Positions 40,723 through 52,583 of a DNA stretch of 64,000 bases are shown here, one piece after another. Location: positions 43,152,001 to 43,216,000 of the forward strand of contig OZ024743.1 of the NCBI GenBank assembly GCA_964016885.1, written 5' to 3'. The position numbers and the translations under genes are program-made. The stretch's first letter is position 1, and every line of letters starts with the position of its first letter. The stretch is from Eledone cirrhosa (taxonomy: Eukaryota). Under the pieces are notes generated by a model that saw only the letters and a list, made by a program, of their open reading frames with translations, searched no databases and was not told the DNA's origin.

Positions 40723-43700
40723 GATTTCTTTATTGGCCACAAGGGCTGACATCAAGAAAAACATTACAGACGGCACAGGACGGTACATGACGGTACGATG
40801 TGGGTTTTGTGCGTGTAAATATTTTTATTATTTATATAAGAATAGAAAAAAAAGGACATAGAAACATACATATATATAAACAATAAAAATGAAAATTGAA
40901 ACAATGAAAAATTTCCCAATAGGGGGGAAACCTCCGAGGGTTACTCGTGGCGAAAACCACACAAAAGACCACGGCCACCCTGACCATCAAGGCAAGCGCC
41001 CTCTCTCAATTTTTCCATCTCTCAAACTACAGACGTATATTCAGAGTGGTCCCATTCACTCTGACCATTCTCGCTACATTCACCCACCTTTCAAGAAACT
41101 TGCTAGAAAGCAGCACTTGCCTCTCCACCCTGATTTTACTCTTCAAGTGAAACATGAAAAAGTTAATTAGGGATTCGCCGAAGAGCAAAGTATCTGTCTA
41201 TAACCCTTTTAACATTGTCCACCACACAATCTCTTTCGCCATGGCCACCAGGCAGATGAAAACCGCCTGCCCTTCCTCCTCGAAGGAAGACGGCGAGATC
41301 ATCTGCACAATGGACTCAGTCGACAACCGGATAAGTCCCACACGCGACAGCAACTGTTCGACATAGCTCCACAAGTCAGCAATGCTCGGGCACTGAACGA
41401 GTGCGTGCACAACGGTCACGTCGCTTTGCGCGCATCACGGACAGGCTCGACTGACGGCACTTCCGTACCTGTAGAGCTTATCTCGAACCGGCAGCGCTCC
41501 CCGGTAGCACTGCCAGGCCAGGGATTTTTCGAAGTTATCCAAAGGCCCCGGGCTGAAAGTCCTCCGGAAGAGAGCAAAAAGCTGATCTTCGACGCCCAGG
41601 ATCTCTCCGAGAATGTCGTCGCTCTTCCCCTCCACTAGTCCTCTATGGAACGCCGAGGTGGATATTCCACTGATACTGGTGCCCAGCTGGGAGAGGGCAG
41701 TGAGCGCCTGGAGACATTCCAGTTTCCAAGCGCTATCCCTCGGTCTTTTTCTGACCCTGGACTGCAGCTCAGTCAAGGAGACGAGCTGTGGGAAAACGTG
41801 CCTGGCGAACGGCGAACACGCCCGTTCACCATCAAGGAAGCACCAGAGATGTCGCAGCCTCAGCGCATGTTTGCGCATCATCAGCCATGACATGCCCAGT
41901 CGTCCACCAACGGGTATTGACAGCAGATGGATCGTCTGACCAGGGGAGCGTGTCCCTTCCACAAAAAGCGGAAGAGGAGGCGCTCCATTTTGGTGAGAGT
42001 TGGGCTGGAGCAAGGGACGACGGTGAGGCGGTAGCAGATGACAGATGCAATGTACGCATTCGCCACCTCCGCCCGGCCTTTCAGGGACAGCTTCCTCTCA
42101 GCCCATTTCTGGGTGAGGGAGGCCACTCTGCTCGTCACCTGGTTCCAGTTTTTCTCCATCTGGAGGTCCGGTCCGAACCAGACGCCGAGCAATTTAACCG
42201 GTTCGTCCGTCCAACGCCCCACGACGCTGTCGGACGGCATGGACTTCCTCTCCAGGTGCAGAGCTGCAAGCCCATCGACTTTTCCTGGTTTATCTTTGCT
42301 CCTGTCACCGCTTCGTATTCCTTGAGAGCGGTGCCGAGCATCTGGACGTGTCTGGGGCTCGATACCACCACGGTAACGTCGTCAGCGTAAGCCGACTCGG
42401 ATTTCCCGCATCCTAGTTTGTGCAGTAACGGCTCGAGAGCCAATACGTACAAGAGGGACGAGAAGGGACAACCCTGGCGGACTGAGCGCATGATGCTGAA
42501 CGGCTGCGACAGGTGACCGTTCACCCTCACAACTGAGCAGATGTCGCTCTACATTGCTGCGACCTAACCCCTGAAAACGGGCCCGAAACCGGTTGCCTCG
42601 AGGACCGCCGACAGGTACAGATGGTCGACCATATCGAATGCTTTGGATTGATCCAAATTGATCAGGGCCCCACCCTAGCCATGTTCCTTAACCACCCTCT
42701 CTAGGATGTATCGCATTTGTCGTGTATGGATCTGTCCGGAATGGCGCATGTCTGCGCCTCTCCCACCAGACCCTTGACGACAAGCGCCAACCTCGTTGCT
42801 AACGCCTTGGCCAACATCTTAAACTCTGCCTTTAGCAGGGTTATGGGCCTGAAATTATCAATAACATCCCCCTTGTTCGGGTCTTTTCTAAGCAGCGCCA
42901 CTGCTCCCCGGCTCACAAAACTGGGAATGCTCCCGTTATGCTGCCAGTTGCAGGAGACGTCTGCCAAGAGGTCACCGAACAAGTCTGACATAAATGCATA
43001 AAGATCGTACGGCAGACCATCTAAACCTGGCGATTTACCACTTGTGCAGTTAGCCATCGCTTCCCGTATTTCAGTGGCTGTTGTTGGCTTTTCGCAACAC
43101 TGTGCTTCGGTCGTCGATAGCCAAGGCAGTCGATCGAGATATGCACTGAAGTCCATGCTCCGATCCGGGCCGCCGCCGCTGCCGAACAGTTCAGCAAAGT
43201 GCTGCTGAAAAGCTTCACACATCCGCTCGGTTTCGAGTATCACGCACCCGTCTTGGTCAGACAAACACCGAATTGTGGCTTTGTTCCCACGTCGCGCCTC
43301 TGCCACCCGGGCCCATTGGAAGGCTTTTGTCCCCTCGTGTTTCAGAGCACGCGATCTAGCTCTGACAACGTAGCCTTCGTGTTTTGCGTTGAAGAATTGA
43401 TCGAGTGCCAATCTCGCCGCAAGCACGTCCGTTGCGATGACTGTCCTAAACGCCTCTTCTAGCTTTCTGACTAGCTCTCCCTCTACTCTATTTTCCTCTA
43501 TCACTACTCCTTTGCTAAACCTAATCGACTCAATTTAATTGCCCTTTTCAGGGCGAACCACCACCTGTTGTTGACGAACGTCCCCGTCAACGCCCGCTTA
43601 ACTAATACGCTAATCCGCCGGTCTCTGTAGGCTTTGCGCGCCGGGAAAGACGCGTCAAGCTTCCAGTAACAAGGCCCTTGTCTATGAGGTCTGTCTATGT

Positions 43701-46527
43701 CGATGTCACAGATCACAAATGTGTGGTCTGTATAGTCGACTGTTTTAAATTGTGGACAACTTATACTAGCCTTATCTACTTCTCTGCAGAATAGCCTATC
43801 GAGATACGATCTGGATGACCCGATGCGGTTTGTCTATGTCCACATTGGCACATTCGGGTGATCCAGTTGATACCTGTCAGACAGTTCAAAACGTCTGATC
43901 AGGTTGGTGAGGCTCTTGCACCATCCTCCCCTATCCACTAGCCCCACACGATCCCAGCGTGCATCCAAGATAACGTTCCAGTCGCCCACTAACACTAAAG
44001 AGCGGGACGTTCCAAGAAAGGTCTCTAGACGTCTGAAGAAATCTGGCCGTCCTGACCCTGTTGGAGCGTAGAGGGCTACAAGCCTGAAAGCATTGCCTTC
44101 GCTGCCGGTCACGTCCAGCACCACCGACCTACCTTCAGGGTCCAGGAAGATGGCACGTATCGCGAGATCCAAACCTCTCCGAAAAAGGACGGCAACCCCT
44201 CCCCCGATCCTGGACGGCTGGGAGATGCGTATACATCGTAGCCGCCGAAGATTGGTGTGAAGGCCTGTGCTTCGCAGTTTCTGGTTTCACTGATGGCCAC
44301 CACATCTATGTTTAGTGACCTGAGGTCATTGAGCAGGTGACCCTCCTTCCAAGATGAGCCCAGGCCACGTGCATTTATACTGCCTATTCTGAGTACATCC
44401 ATGTTTGGATGAGAAACGGCGCAAGTGAGAAGGGTTTACTTACCACCTTGTTCGTGTGGTGAAGGGACAGTAGAACCGTCCCTTTCGCTGGGTATGGGTG
44501 TTTCCAAGAGGATGTCAGTGTATATAGTCTTGGTAACCGACCCACTGAAGTCTCCAACTGCGTTGGGGAATTTTTGTTTTAAAGGTTTGTACTGTTCTAT
44601 TGAGATTTCGAAGATGCTTATGTTTGTCGGGTGAGTTCTTGGTGTTGGTGGGGTGTAACAGTTTTTTTCCTGTGATGTCTGTGTACTGCTTTATATATTG
44701 AATGAGTTCTTTTTTTGCCATGTTTATGGCTGTGTACTTTTTGGCGGGAGGGGTGATTTTGTTGCTGTTTTCTTCTTGTTGCTGTTTGGTGTGTGTGTCT
44801 TGTTGTGTTTGCGTTGTTGGTGTTTGTGGTGGTGATGGTGGTGGTGTTGCTGCAAGCTTCCTTGCTGCCTTTACCCCTCATTGTACGCCTTCGCTTTTGG
44901 AGGGTGAATCTAAGGGTTTTTTTTTTTTTTTCGTGGCAGACCATTTTCCACTTCAATCCCGCCTCAAACTCCATGTCGGATTCTGTTGCCTGCCCTACCC
45001 TTGGTAGCAGCGGACGAGGTATTGGAAGGAGAGGGGCCTTCTTCGCTGTCTTCTGCGGGTAAAGGGCGCTGAGGTGACCCTTCGACCCACAGAGATAACA
45101 TTTTGGCCGTCTTCCTTCTACACTTATAAAGAGTTGGTGTCCTTCCTCGATGTCTATGATATCGAGGATAGCGTCGATACATTCCTGGTCAGTTTGTATA
45201 AGCATTTGCATGCCTATACCTGACCAGTTCTCTCTCCCTATTTTTTCTACTTGCAGCATGGTCGCCCTGTTTCTCGATTCCAGCAAGGACAGACGCGGCC
45301 AGCCAAGGTATGGGCACGTCGGGTGGGACCTGATCACTTTGACCGTCATAATTTTCTTCCCGCAGTAGGAGGGCACCAAGACTATCTCCTCACACTTTAG
45401 AGTTTCTAAAGAGTGAGACTTTGCTTCCTGGGGGGGGGGGGGGGGGGGCGAAAAGTACGTCTACTGTGGCGTACTTTCTGCCTCGGTTGATGTGTGTTTT
45501 GTGTGCCTAGACGCACCCCAAGGCCTTTTGGATTTGAGCCTCCGTGGCTCTCTCCACTCGATGTGAGATTTTCTTTACGGTGCGGTAAGTCACCGTCCGT
45601 AGCTGCTGGTCCTTGAAAAAATCGGCTGGAGGTTTCAGGGAAACTCTATTTGCGCCTCTTGTCACCATGGCCCTTGCGACTGCCATCTCCTCCTCTGTGA
45701 CTAACACTGTCTCGATATTTCGGGCGACACCTGCAAAAGAAGTGGTCCCTTTTTCAGCAGCAGCACTATTGCTGCCGCTACTGGTCTTACTGGTGGTGCT
45801 GAGGTCGCTACTATAGGTATCGGTGTCATTGTTGTTGTTTTCGCTGTTTGTGTTGTTGTTGTTTTCGTTGATACTGTTGCTGTTGTTACTGTTATTGCGG
45901 CTGTTGTTGTATTGTTGTTTTTGTTGATACTGTTCCTACTATTATTGTTGTTGTGGCTGTTGTTAATGTCATTGTTATTGTCGTTCTCGACCTTAGCGCT
46001 GTTATTTTTGTTATTGTCGTTCTCGACCTTACCTCTGTTATTTTTGTTATTGTCGTTCTCGACTTTACCGCTGTTATTTTTGTTGTTGCTGTTGTTATTG
46101 ATGGTGTTGTTGTTGGTGTTGTTGTTGGTGTTATTGTTGGTGTTTTGTTTGTGTTAGAAATATTTGTTAATTATAAATCTGTAACAGTCTTTTTTTCCTT
46201 TGTAATATTTTCGTTTATATTTACCTCCGCTGGAAAACTGTCTTGTTGACATGCTGATAAAGTCTCCGTCTGTCTGTGTTGTCTGACAGCGCTCTCTCTC
46301 TGGTGTTATCCATGTTGACATTTTTCAAAAAAATATTTTTTTACACAAATACTAATACGACACCCCGTAAAGGGGTGCCGTATTATTTACTAGTGAACCC
46401 CTGTATTAGGTGGGTCACTTCTTCTAAACTTTTATCAAATTTAAAACTTGAATAAAAGGTTTAGAACGGTTGAAAATGAGGTAAAACGTTGAAAAAAACT
46501 GGAGGCGATTAGAAGCGTGGCTTCAGC
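40723..46527 (-). mobile_element. Full-length but decayed Tx1-like LINE (copy 1)
   Basis: ORF1 remnants (~46313-44425) with RPKCYLCGSKGHL. ORF2 pieces 44402-41030 with SINARGL, GDWN, SPGLDGL, RQGCP, YADD. (TAA)n on both sides. Confidence 0.92.
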
Positions 46528-46533
46528 AACAAC

Positions 46534-46586
<53 letters not shown>

Positions 46587-46846
46587 TTTCTTTATTAACC
46601 ACAAGGGTTTACATAAAGTAGACATTAAGGACAGTGCAGGACAATGCAGGACAGTACAAATGGGCATTTCTGCGTGTAAAAAAACAAAAACAGAGGATGT
46701 AACAAAAATAACAATGAAAATAACAATGAAGAATTCCCCAATAGGGGGGAGACTTCGGAGGGACATTTGTGGAGAAAGCCCAGTAAAAAGCCACAATGAC
46801 CCTGACCACCAAGGCAAGTGCCCTCTCCCAGTTTTCCACCTTTAGT

Positions 46847-49800
46847 TTACAGATATATACTCAGAGTCGGCCCATTCACTCGGGCCATTCTTGCTTCTCT
46901 CACCCATCTTTCAACAAAATGCTGGGAAGAGAGCACTTCCTTCTCTACTCTGATTTTCCTTTTCAAATGAAATTTGAAAAAGTCAATCAGAGCATCACCG
47001 AAGAGGTAAGTGCTCGTCTTCAGCCCTTTCAAACGTGTCCACCATACTATCTCTTTCGCCATGGCCACCAGACAGATAAAAACTGCCTGCCCTTCCCGGC
47101 TAAAGGAGGAGGGCGGGGCAATCCTCACGATAGACTCAGATGATAGCTGGATCCGTCCTAAACGCGACAGCAGGTGTTCGACATAAACCCACAAGTCAGC
47201 AATTTTCGGACACTGGTCGAGTGCGTGCAGGACGGTTTCGTCGCCCTGCGCGCATCTCGGACATGCCCGGCTGACGGCACCTCCATGCCTGTAGAGTTTA
47301 TCCCGAACTGGCAAGGCTCCTTGGTAGCACTGCCAGGCCAGAGATTTCTGGAAGTTGTCCATAGGCCCTGGCCCGAAAGTTCTTCCGAAGAGATTGGCTA
47401 GTTGATTTTCGTCGACGCCTAGAGTTTCCCCAAGTACGTCGTCGCTCTTCCCCTCCACTAATCCTCTATAGAACGCCGAGGTGGAGTTTCCACCGATCAC
47501 ATTGCCCGATTGGTCGAGGGCTATGAGCGCCTGAAGACATTCCAGTCTCCAGGCGCTCCCTCTCGGTCTTCGCTTGACCCAGGACTGCAGCTCCGTCAAG
47601 GAAACGAGCTGGGGAAAAACGCGTCTAGCAAACGGCGACCACACCTGATCACCGTCGAGGAAGAGGTGGAGATGTCGAAGCCTGAGCGCGTGCCTGCGCA
47701 TCATCAGCCACGGCATGCCCAGCCCTCCACGTAGCGGGTGTTGACAACAGATGGACCGCCTGACCATCGGAGCACGTCCCTTCCACAAAAAGCGAAAGAG
47801 CAAACGCTCCAGCGCAGTCAGGCGAGGCTTAGGACAAGGTACAACGGTTAGGCGGTAGCAGATGACAGACGCGATGTACGCGTTAGCCACCTCTGCTCGA
47901 CCTTTCAGGGATAGCTTCCTCTCCGCCCATTTCTGGGTGAGAGAAGCCACCCTGCTCCTCACCTCGTCCCAGTTTTTGTCCGTCTGGAGGTCCGGACCGA
48001 ACCAGACCCCTAGCAATTTAACCGGTCCGTCCGTCCAGCGCCCGACGACGCTGTTGGACGGCATGGACCTGCCTCTCCAGGTGCCGAGCTGCAGGCCCAC
48101 CGACTTTTCCTGGTTGATCATTGCTCCTGTCACCGCTTCGTATTCTCTTAGTGTAGTGCCGATCGCCTCGATGTGTTTGGCGTTCGACACCTCTACGGTG
48201 ACATCGTCCGCATATGCTGACACGGATCTTCCGCATCCTAGTTCGCGCGGGACTCCCCTCAACGTCTCCAGTTTGTGCAGTAATGGCTCGAGAGTCAATA
48301 CGTACAAGAGGGACGAGAGGGGACATCCTTGGCGGACCGAGCGCATGATGTTGAACGGTTCCGACAGGTGACCGTTCACTCTCACCGCAGAGCAGATGTC
48401 GCTGTGCATGGCAGCGATCCAGCCTCTGAAGACGGGCCCAAAGCCAGCCGCCCTCAGGACTACCGCTAGGTAACGATGGTCGACCCTATCGAAAGCTTTC
48501 GACTGATCTAAATTGATCAAGGACCCACCCGTGCCAGGTTCCTTAGCTACCCTCTCTATGATGTATCGCATGAGGTGGAGGTTGTCGTGGATGGATCTGT
48601 CGGGAATGGCGCATATCTGCGCCTCTCCCACCAGACCACCAACGACAAGCGCCAACCTCTTTGCTAGCACCTTGGCCAAAATCTTGAACTCTGTGTTTAG
48701 CAGAGTTATGGGCCGGAAATTGTCTATGTTATCCCCCTTGTTCGGATCCTTTCTCAGCAGTGCCACCGCTCCTCGGCTCACAGAACTGGGAATTCTCCCG
48801 TTCTGTTTCCAGCTGCAGTAGACGTCCGCCAAGAGGCCTCCGAACAAGTCTGGCATCTGTACGTAAAGTTCATAGGGCAGACCATCCAAACCAGGCGATT
48901 TACCCCTTGTGCAGCCAGTCATTGCCTCCCTTACTTCAGCGGCTGTTATCGGCTTTTCGCAACACTTCGCCTCAGTGGCCGAGAGCCGCGGCAGTCCGTT
49001 GAGGTAGACACTAAAGTCCATCCCTCTACCCGGCCCCCCGCTGCCCACGAACAGCTGAGCGAAGTGTCGCTGAAAAGCTTCACACATTTGCCCGGGATCG
49101 AGTAGCATGCGCCCGTCGTGGTCGACCAAAGACCGGATCGTGGCTTTGTTGCCACAATGCGCCTCCGCCACTCGGGCCCATTGAACGGCTTTCGTCCCCT
49201 CGTGTCTGAGAGCACGCACCCTAGCTCTGACAACGCAGCCTTCGTGCTTTGCATTGAAGAATTGGTCAAGGGCCAATTTCGCCGCAAGCACGTCGGTCGC
49301 AATGCCTTTGCTAAGCGCCTCGTCTAATTTTCTAACTAGATCTCCCTCTGCTCTTTTTTTCTCTATTGCTAAAGCCTTACTAAACCTAATCGATTCTATT
49401 CTAATCGCTCTTTTCAGAGCAAACCACCACTTGTTGTTGACGATGGCCCCCGTCAATGCCCGCTTAACTAGTTCACTAATCCGGTCTCTGTAGGCCTTGC
49501 GCGCTGGTAAGGACGCGTTTAGCTTCCAGTAGCCGGGTCCTCGTCTATGAAGCCTATCTAAGTCAAGCACACAGGTCACGAATTTGTGGTCCGTGTAGCT
49601 GACTATCTTGAATTGTGGACAGCCTATGCTAGACCTATCTATTTCCCTACAAAATACTCTATCTAGATATGATCTGGATGACCCTATGCCGTTTGTCCAA
49701 GTCCACATTGGCACATTCGGGAAATCCAATCGGTACCTGTCAGACAGTTCAAAACGCCTGAGCAGGTTGGTGAGGCTCTTGCACCCTCCACCCCTATCCG

Positions 49801-50266
49801 CTAATCCCACACAGTCCCACCGTGCATCTAAGATCCCGTTCCAGTCGCCCACTAACACTAAAGAGCGGGACGTTCCAAGAAAGGTCTCCAGACGCCGGAA
49901 GAAATCAGGCCGCCCTGCTCCTGTCGGGGCATAGACGGCCACTAGCCTGAAAGCTTGCCCGTCTCCGCTGGTCACGTCCAGCACCACCAGCTTACCCTCT
50001 GGGTACAGGAAGATGGCCCGTATGGCGAGATCCAAACCTCTCCGAAAAAGCACAGCAACTCCTCCACCCGATCCAGGACGGCTGGGAGATGCGTACACAT
50101 CGTAGCCGCTGAAGATCGGTGCGAAGGCCCGTGCTTCGGAGATTCTGGTCTCGCTGATGGCCACTACATCTATGTTTAGTGACCTGAGGTCGTTGAGCAG
50201 GTGACCCTGCTTCCATGACGACCCCAAGCCACGCGCATTTATGCTGCCTATTCTGAGTGAGGTCAT
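46847..50266 (-). CDS. LINE ORF2: APE endonuclease + reverse transcriptase + C-terminal CCHC (Tx1/L1 group), intact 1139 aa
   Basis: SINARGL, ISETR, VYAP, GDWN, YLDR, TDH; GPGYWKLN; NFRPITLLN, DQSKAFDRVDH, RQGCPLS, YADD; CPRC..ETVLHALDQC. Confidence 0.96.
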   Translation of the reverse strand: MTSLRIGSINARGLGSSWKQGHLLNDLRSLNIDVVAISETRISEARAFAPIFSGYDVYASPSRPGSGGGVAVLFRRGLDLAIRAIFLYPEGKLVVLDVTSGDGQAFRLVAVYAPTGAGRPDFFRRLETFLGTSRSLVLVGDWNGILDARWDCVGLADRGGGCKSLTNLLRRFELSDRYRLDFPNVPMWTWTNGIGSSRSYLDRVFCREIDRSSIGCPQFKIVSYTDHKFVTCVLDLDRLHRRGPGYWKLNASLPARKAYRDRISELVKRALTGAIVNNKWWFALKRAIRIESIRFSKALAIEKKRAEGDLVRKLDEALSKGIATDVLAAKLALDQFFNAKHEGCVVRARVRALRHEGTKAVQWARVAEAHCGNKATIRSLVDHDGRMLLDPGQMCEAFQRHFAQLFVGSGGPGRGMDFSVYLNGLPRLSATEAKCCEKPITAAEVREAMTGCTRGKSPGLDGLPYELYVQMPDLFGGLLADVYCSWKQNGRIPSSVSRGAVALLRKDPNKGDNIDNFRPITLLNTEFKILAKVLAKRLALVVGGLVGEAQICAIPDRSIHDNLHLMRYIIERVAKEPGTGGSLINLDQSKAFDRVDHRYLAVVLRAAGFGPVFRGWIAAMHSDICSAVRVNGHLSEPFNIMRSVRQGCPLSSLLYVLTLEPLLHKLETLRGVPRELGCGRSVSAYADDVTVEVSNAKHIEAIGTTLREYEAVTGAMINQEKSVGLQLGTWRGRSMPSNSVVGRWTDGPVKLLGVWFGPDLQTDKNWDEVRSRVASLTQKWAERKLSLKGRAEVANAYIASVICYRLTVVPCPKPRLTALERLLFRFLWKGRAPMVRRSICCQHPLRGGLGMPWLMMRRHALRLRHLHLFLDGDQVWSPFARRVFPQLVSLTELQSWVKRRPRGSAWRLECLQALIALDQSGNVIGGNSTSAFYRGLVEGKSDDVLGETLGVDENQLANLFGRTFGPGPMDNFQKSLAWQCYQGALPVRDKLYRHGGAVSRACPRCAQGDETVLHALDQCPKIADLWVYVEHLLSRLGRIQLSSESIVRIAPPSSFSREGQAVFICLVAMAKEIVWWTRLKGLKTSTYLFGDALIDFFKFHLKRKIRVEKEVLSSQHFVERWVREARMARVNGPTLSIYL

Positions 50267-50301
50267 GTTTAAAATAGAGTGGAAAAGATGGGAAAGACCA
50301 C

Positions 50302-52332
50302 TTACCGTAATTTTGGTAGAGGAGGGATGGTTTTTACATCCCTTTTCACTTGATCGTCTGGTGAAGGGACCGTTGAATCGTCCCTTCGGCTGGTCGTCGG
50401 CTCTTCTAAGAGAATGTCTGAATATACTCTTCGATTGATGGTTCCTCCTAGGTCCCTGAAATCACCAACTGCGTTGGGGAATTTCGTTTTAATGTTTGTG
50501 TATTGTTTCTGTGCTATTTTTAGCAGTCTTATGTTAGTTGGCGTTTTGATTGGTGCTGGTATTATGTAGTCCTGTTGTGAAATGTCTGTGTGTTCAATTA
50601 TGTAAGTCATTAGTTTCTTGTTGTGTGTGTTTATTGCCGTGCATTTGTTTTTCTGGGGGTGGGGTGTGGTTCTGCTATTTTCTTGTCGTTGTTGCTGGGT
50701 GTGTGTGTTTTGTTGTTGTGTTTGCGTTGTTGGTGCTTGTGGTGGTGGTGTTGAAGGTGTTGTTGGCGGTGGGGTTGTCGCCGGTGGTGATGGTGGTGCT
50801 AGTGTGGGTGGTGATGGTGTTGGTGGTGTTGCTGCTGTGGGTCTCTTTGCAGTAGACTTTACCCTTTTCTCATTTCTTTCCTCCCTTTTCAAAGGCGACG
50901 ATGCGCTGCTTCTGCGTTTGTGCCTTCCTGCGACCTTTTGCCATCCCTCTCCCACCTCACACTCCATGTCTGATTCTGTGAGGTCGGGGAGGGGTACCAG
51001 CTCCACTGTTTCACTTGTTGTTGTTGGTGATGTTTGCACTGGAGTCTCTGTTGCAGCTGCATTTGGTATTGCTGTTGTTGTTGTTAATATTTCCACTGCT
51101 GCTGCTGTTTTTGATTTCCGTGGAGTGGGTATGGGTGCCACGGACCTATCGTTCCTGGTTGCCGCTTGTCCTGTTGCTGGTAGCCGTGGAGCCGGATTCG
51201 GAAGGAGGTGAGGTGAGTCTTCGATCCACAGCGAAAGCATTTCGGGCGTTTGCCCTCAACACTTATGGGCAGTTGAGTGCCGTTATCGAAGTCTATCACA
51301 TCCGGGATAGCTTCGATGCACTTGAATGGAGGAGCCGACGCAATCTTCTCTTACTTTTTTCTGTACTTGCAGTACAGTTGTTTTGTCCTCGATTCCGACG
51401 AGGACAGACGCGGCCAGCCAAGAAGGGGTCATTCCGGGAGGGACGTGGGTCAGTTTGACCCTCACAATTTTTTGCCCGCAGTAGGAGGGCACCAACACCA
51501 TTTCCTCGCTCCTTAGGGTCACTACTGATTGGGCCTTTGCCTCCTGGGGTGTGGCAAAAAGTACGTCTACGGTGGCATATTTTTTGCCTCGGGTGATGTG
51601 CGTTTTCCGCTGCCACACAGACCCCAAGGCTTTTTGTATTTGGGCCTCTGTGGCTCTTTCCACCCTACGGGATTTTGTACTTACTGTACGGTACGTGACC
51701 GTACAGTGCTCTTGGGTTTCGAAACATTTTTCCGCTGCCTTGCAGATTGCTCGGTGTCCGTTCTTTGTCACCATCTTCTTCGCTTCCTCTAATTCCTCAT
51801 TTGTTATGAGGATTGTTTCCAAGTTTTTCGCAATACCTGCAAATGAGATTGGTTTTTCTCTGCTGTTGTTGTTGTCGTCAGAGCTGCTGGTACTTTTGTT
51901 GTTGCTGCAGGTACTACGACTACTGCCTCCGCCGCTGTTGCTGTGGTTGTTGTTGGTGTTGCTGCTGCTAATGCTGTTGTTGTTTATGCTGCTGGTGATG
52001 CTGTTGCGGCTGCTACTGTTGTTTTCATTGTCACTGTTGCTGTTGTTATTACGGCTGCTACTGCTATTATTCCTGACGTCAGACGAATGAACTGGGTTTT
52101 CGTATTTCCCGCACACCTGTTTCGTCGCTGTCGTCGTCGTCGTGGAGAAACCTTGCACGCTTTGCACGAGACTTTTCTTTTCTTTCGTCACTTGCGAAAG
52201 AGAAGGGAGGGAGAGAGACACATTTAAAGAAGGGAGGGAGAGAGACAATCTTCTCTCTGCTGTAGTGATGATTGAGGAAGAAGAAGACGGAATGAGTGGG
52301 AGTGACGTATGAAATTTCTTTTTCGTAGCCAT
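50302..52332 (-). pseudogene. LINE ORF1 (gag-like) split by two frameshifts
   Basis: Pieces 51283-52332, 51084-51299 (RPKCFRCGSKTHL zinc knuckle) and 50302-51240. N/S- and P/T-rich low complexity. Homologous to copy 1 ORF1. Confidence 0.85.
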
Positions 52333-52547
52333 GTTGTTTTTTGTTTAAAATGAAATTTTGGGTACAAAACCCCAATAACTGGTTATTTAACCCCGAAGGG
52401 CCAAATAACGGACAGAAAGACCCCTCTCACGAGGAGGAGGGTGTCTTTATCAACAATTTGGTTCAAGTTTTAAACAATTTACAATTGTTTTAACGGTTAA
52501 AAATTACTATACCTTACAGAGCCGAGCCTCCGTCAACCATGGCATTC

Positions 52548-52582
<35 letters not shown>

Positions 52583-52583
<1 letters not shown>

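Larger units (their letters stand above)
46585..52547 (-). mobile_element. Full-length Tx1-like LINE (copy 2)
   Basis: 5'UTR, ORF1, ORF2 and 3'UTR ending AATAAAGAAATC(ATT)n. (TAA)n on both sides. Confidence 0.95.

Noticed and set aside
47174-50438. Plus-strand ORFs opposite the Tx1 ORF2, and minus-strand ORFs opposite the Dong ORFs
   Set aside because: Antisense shadows of coding sequence.
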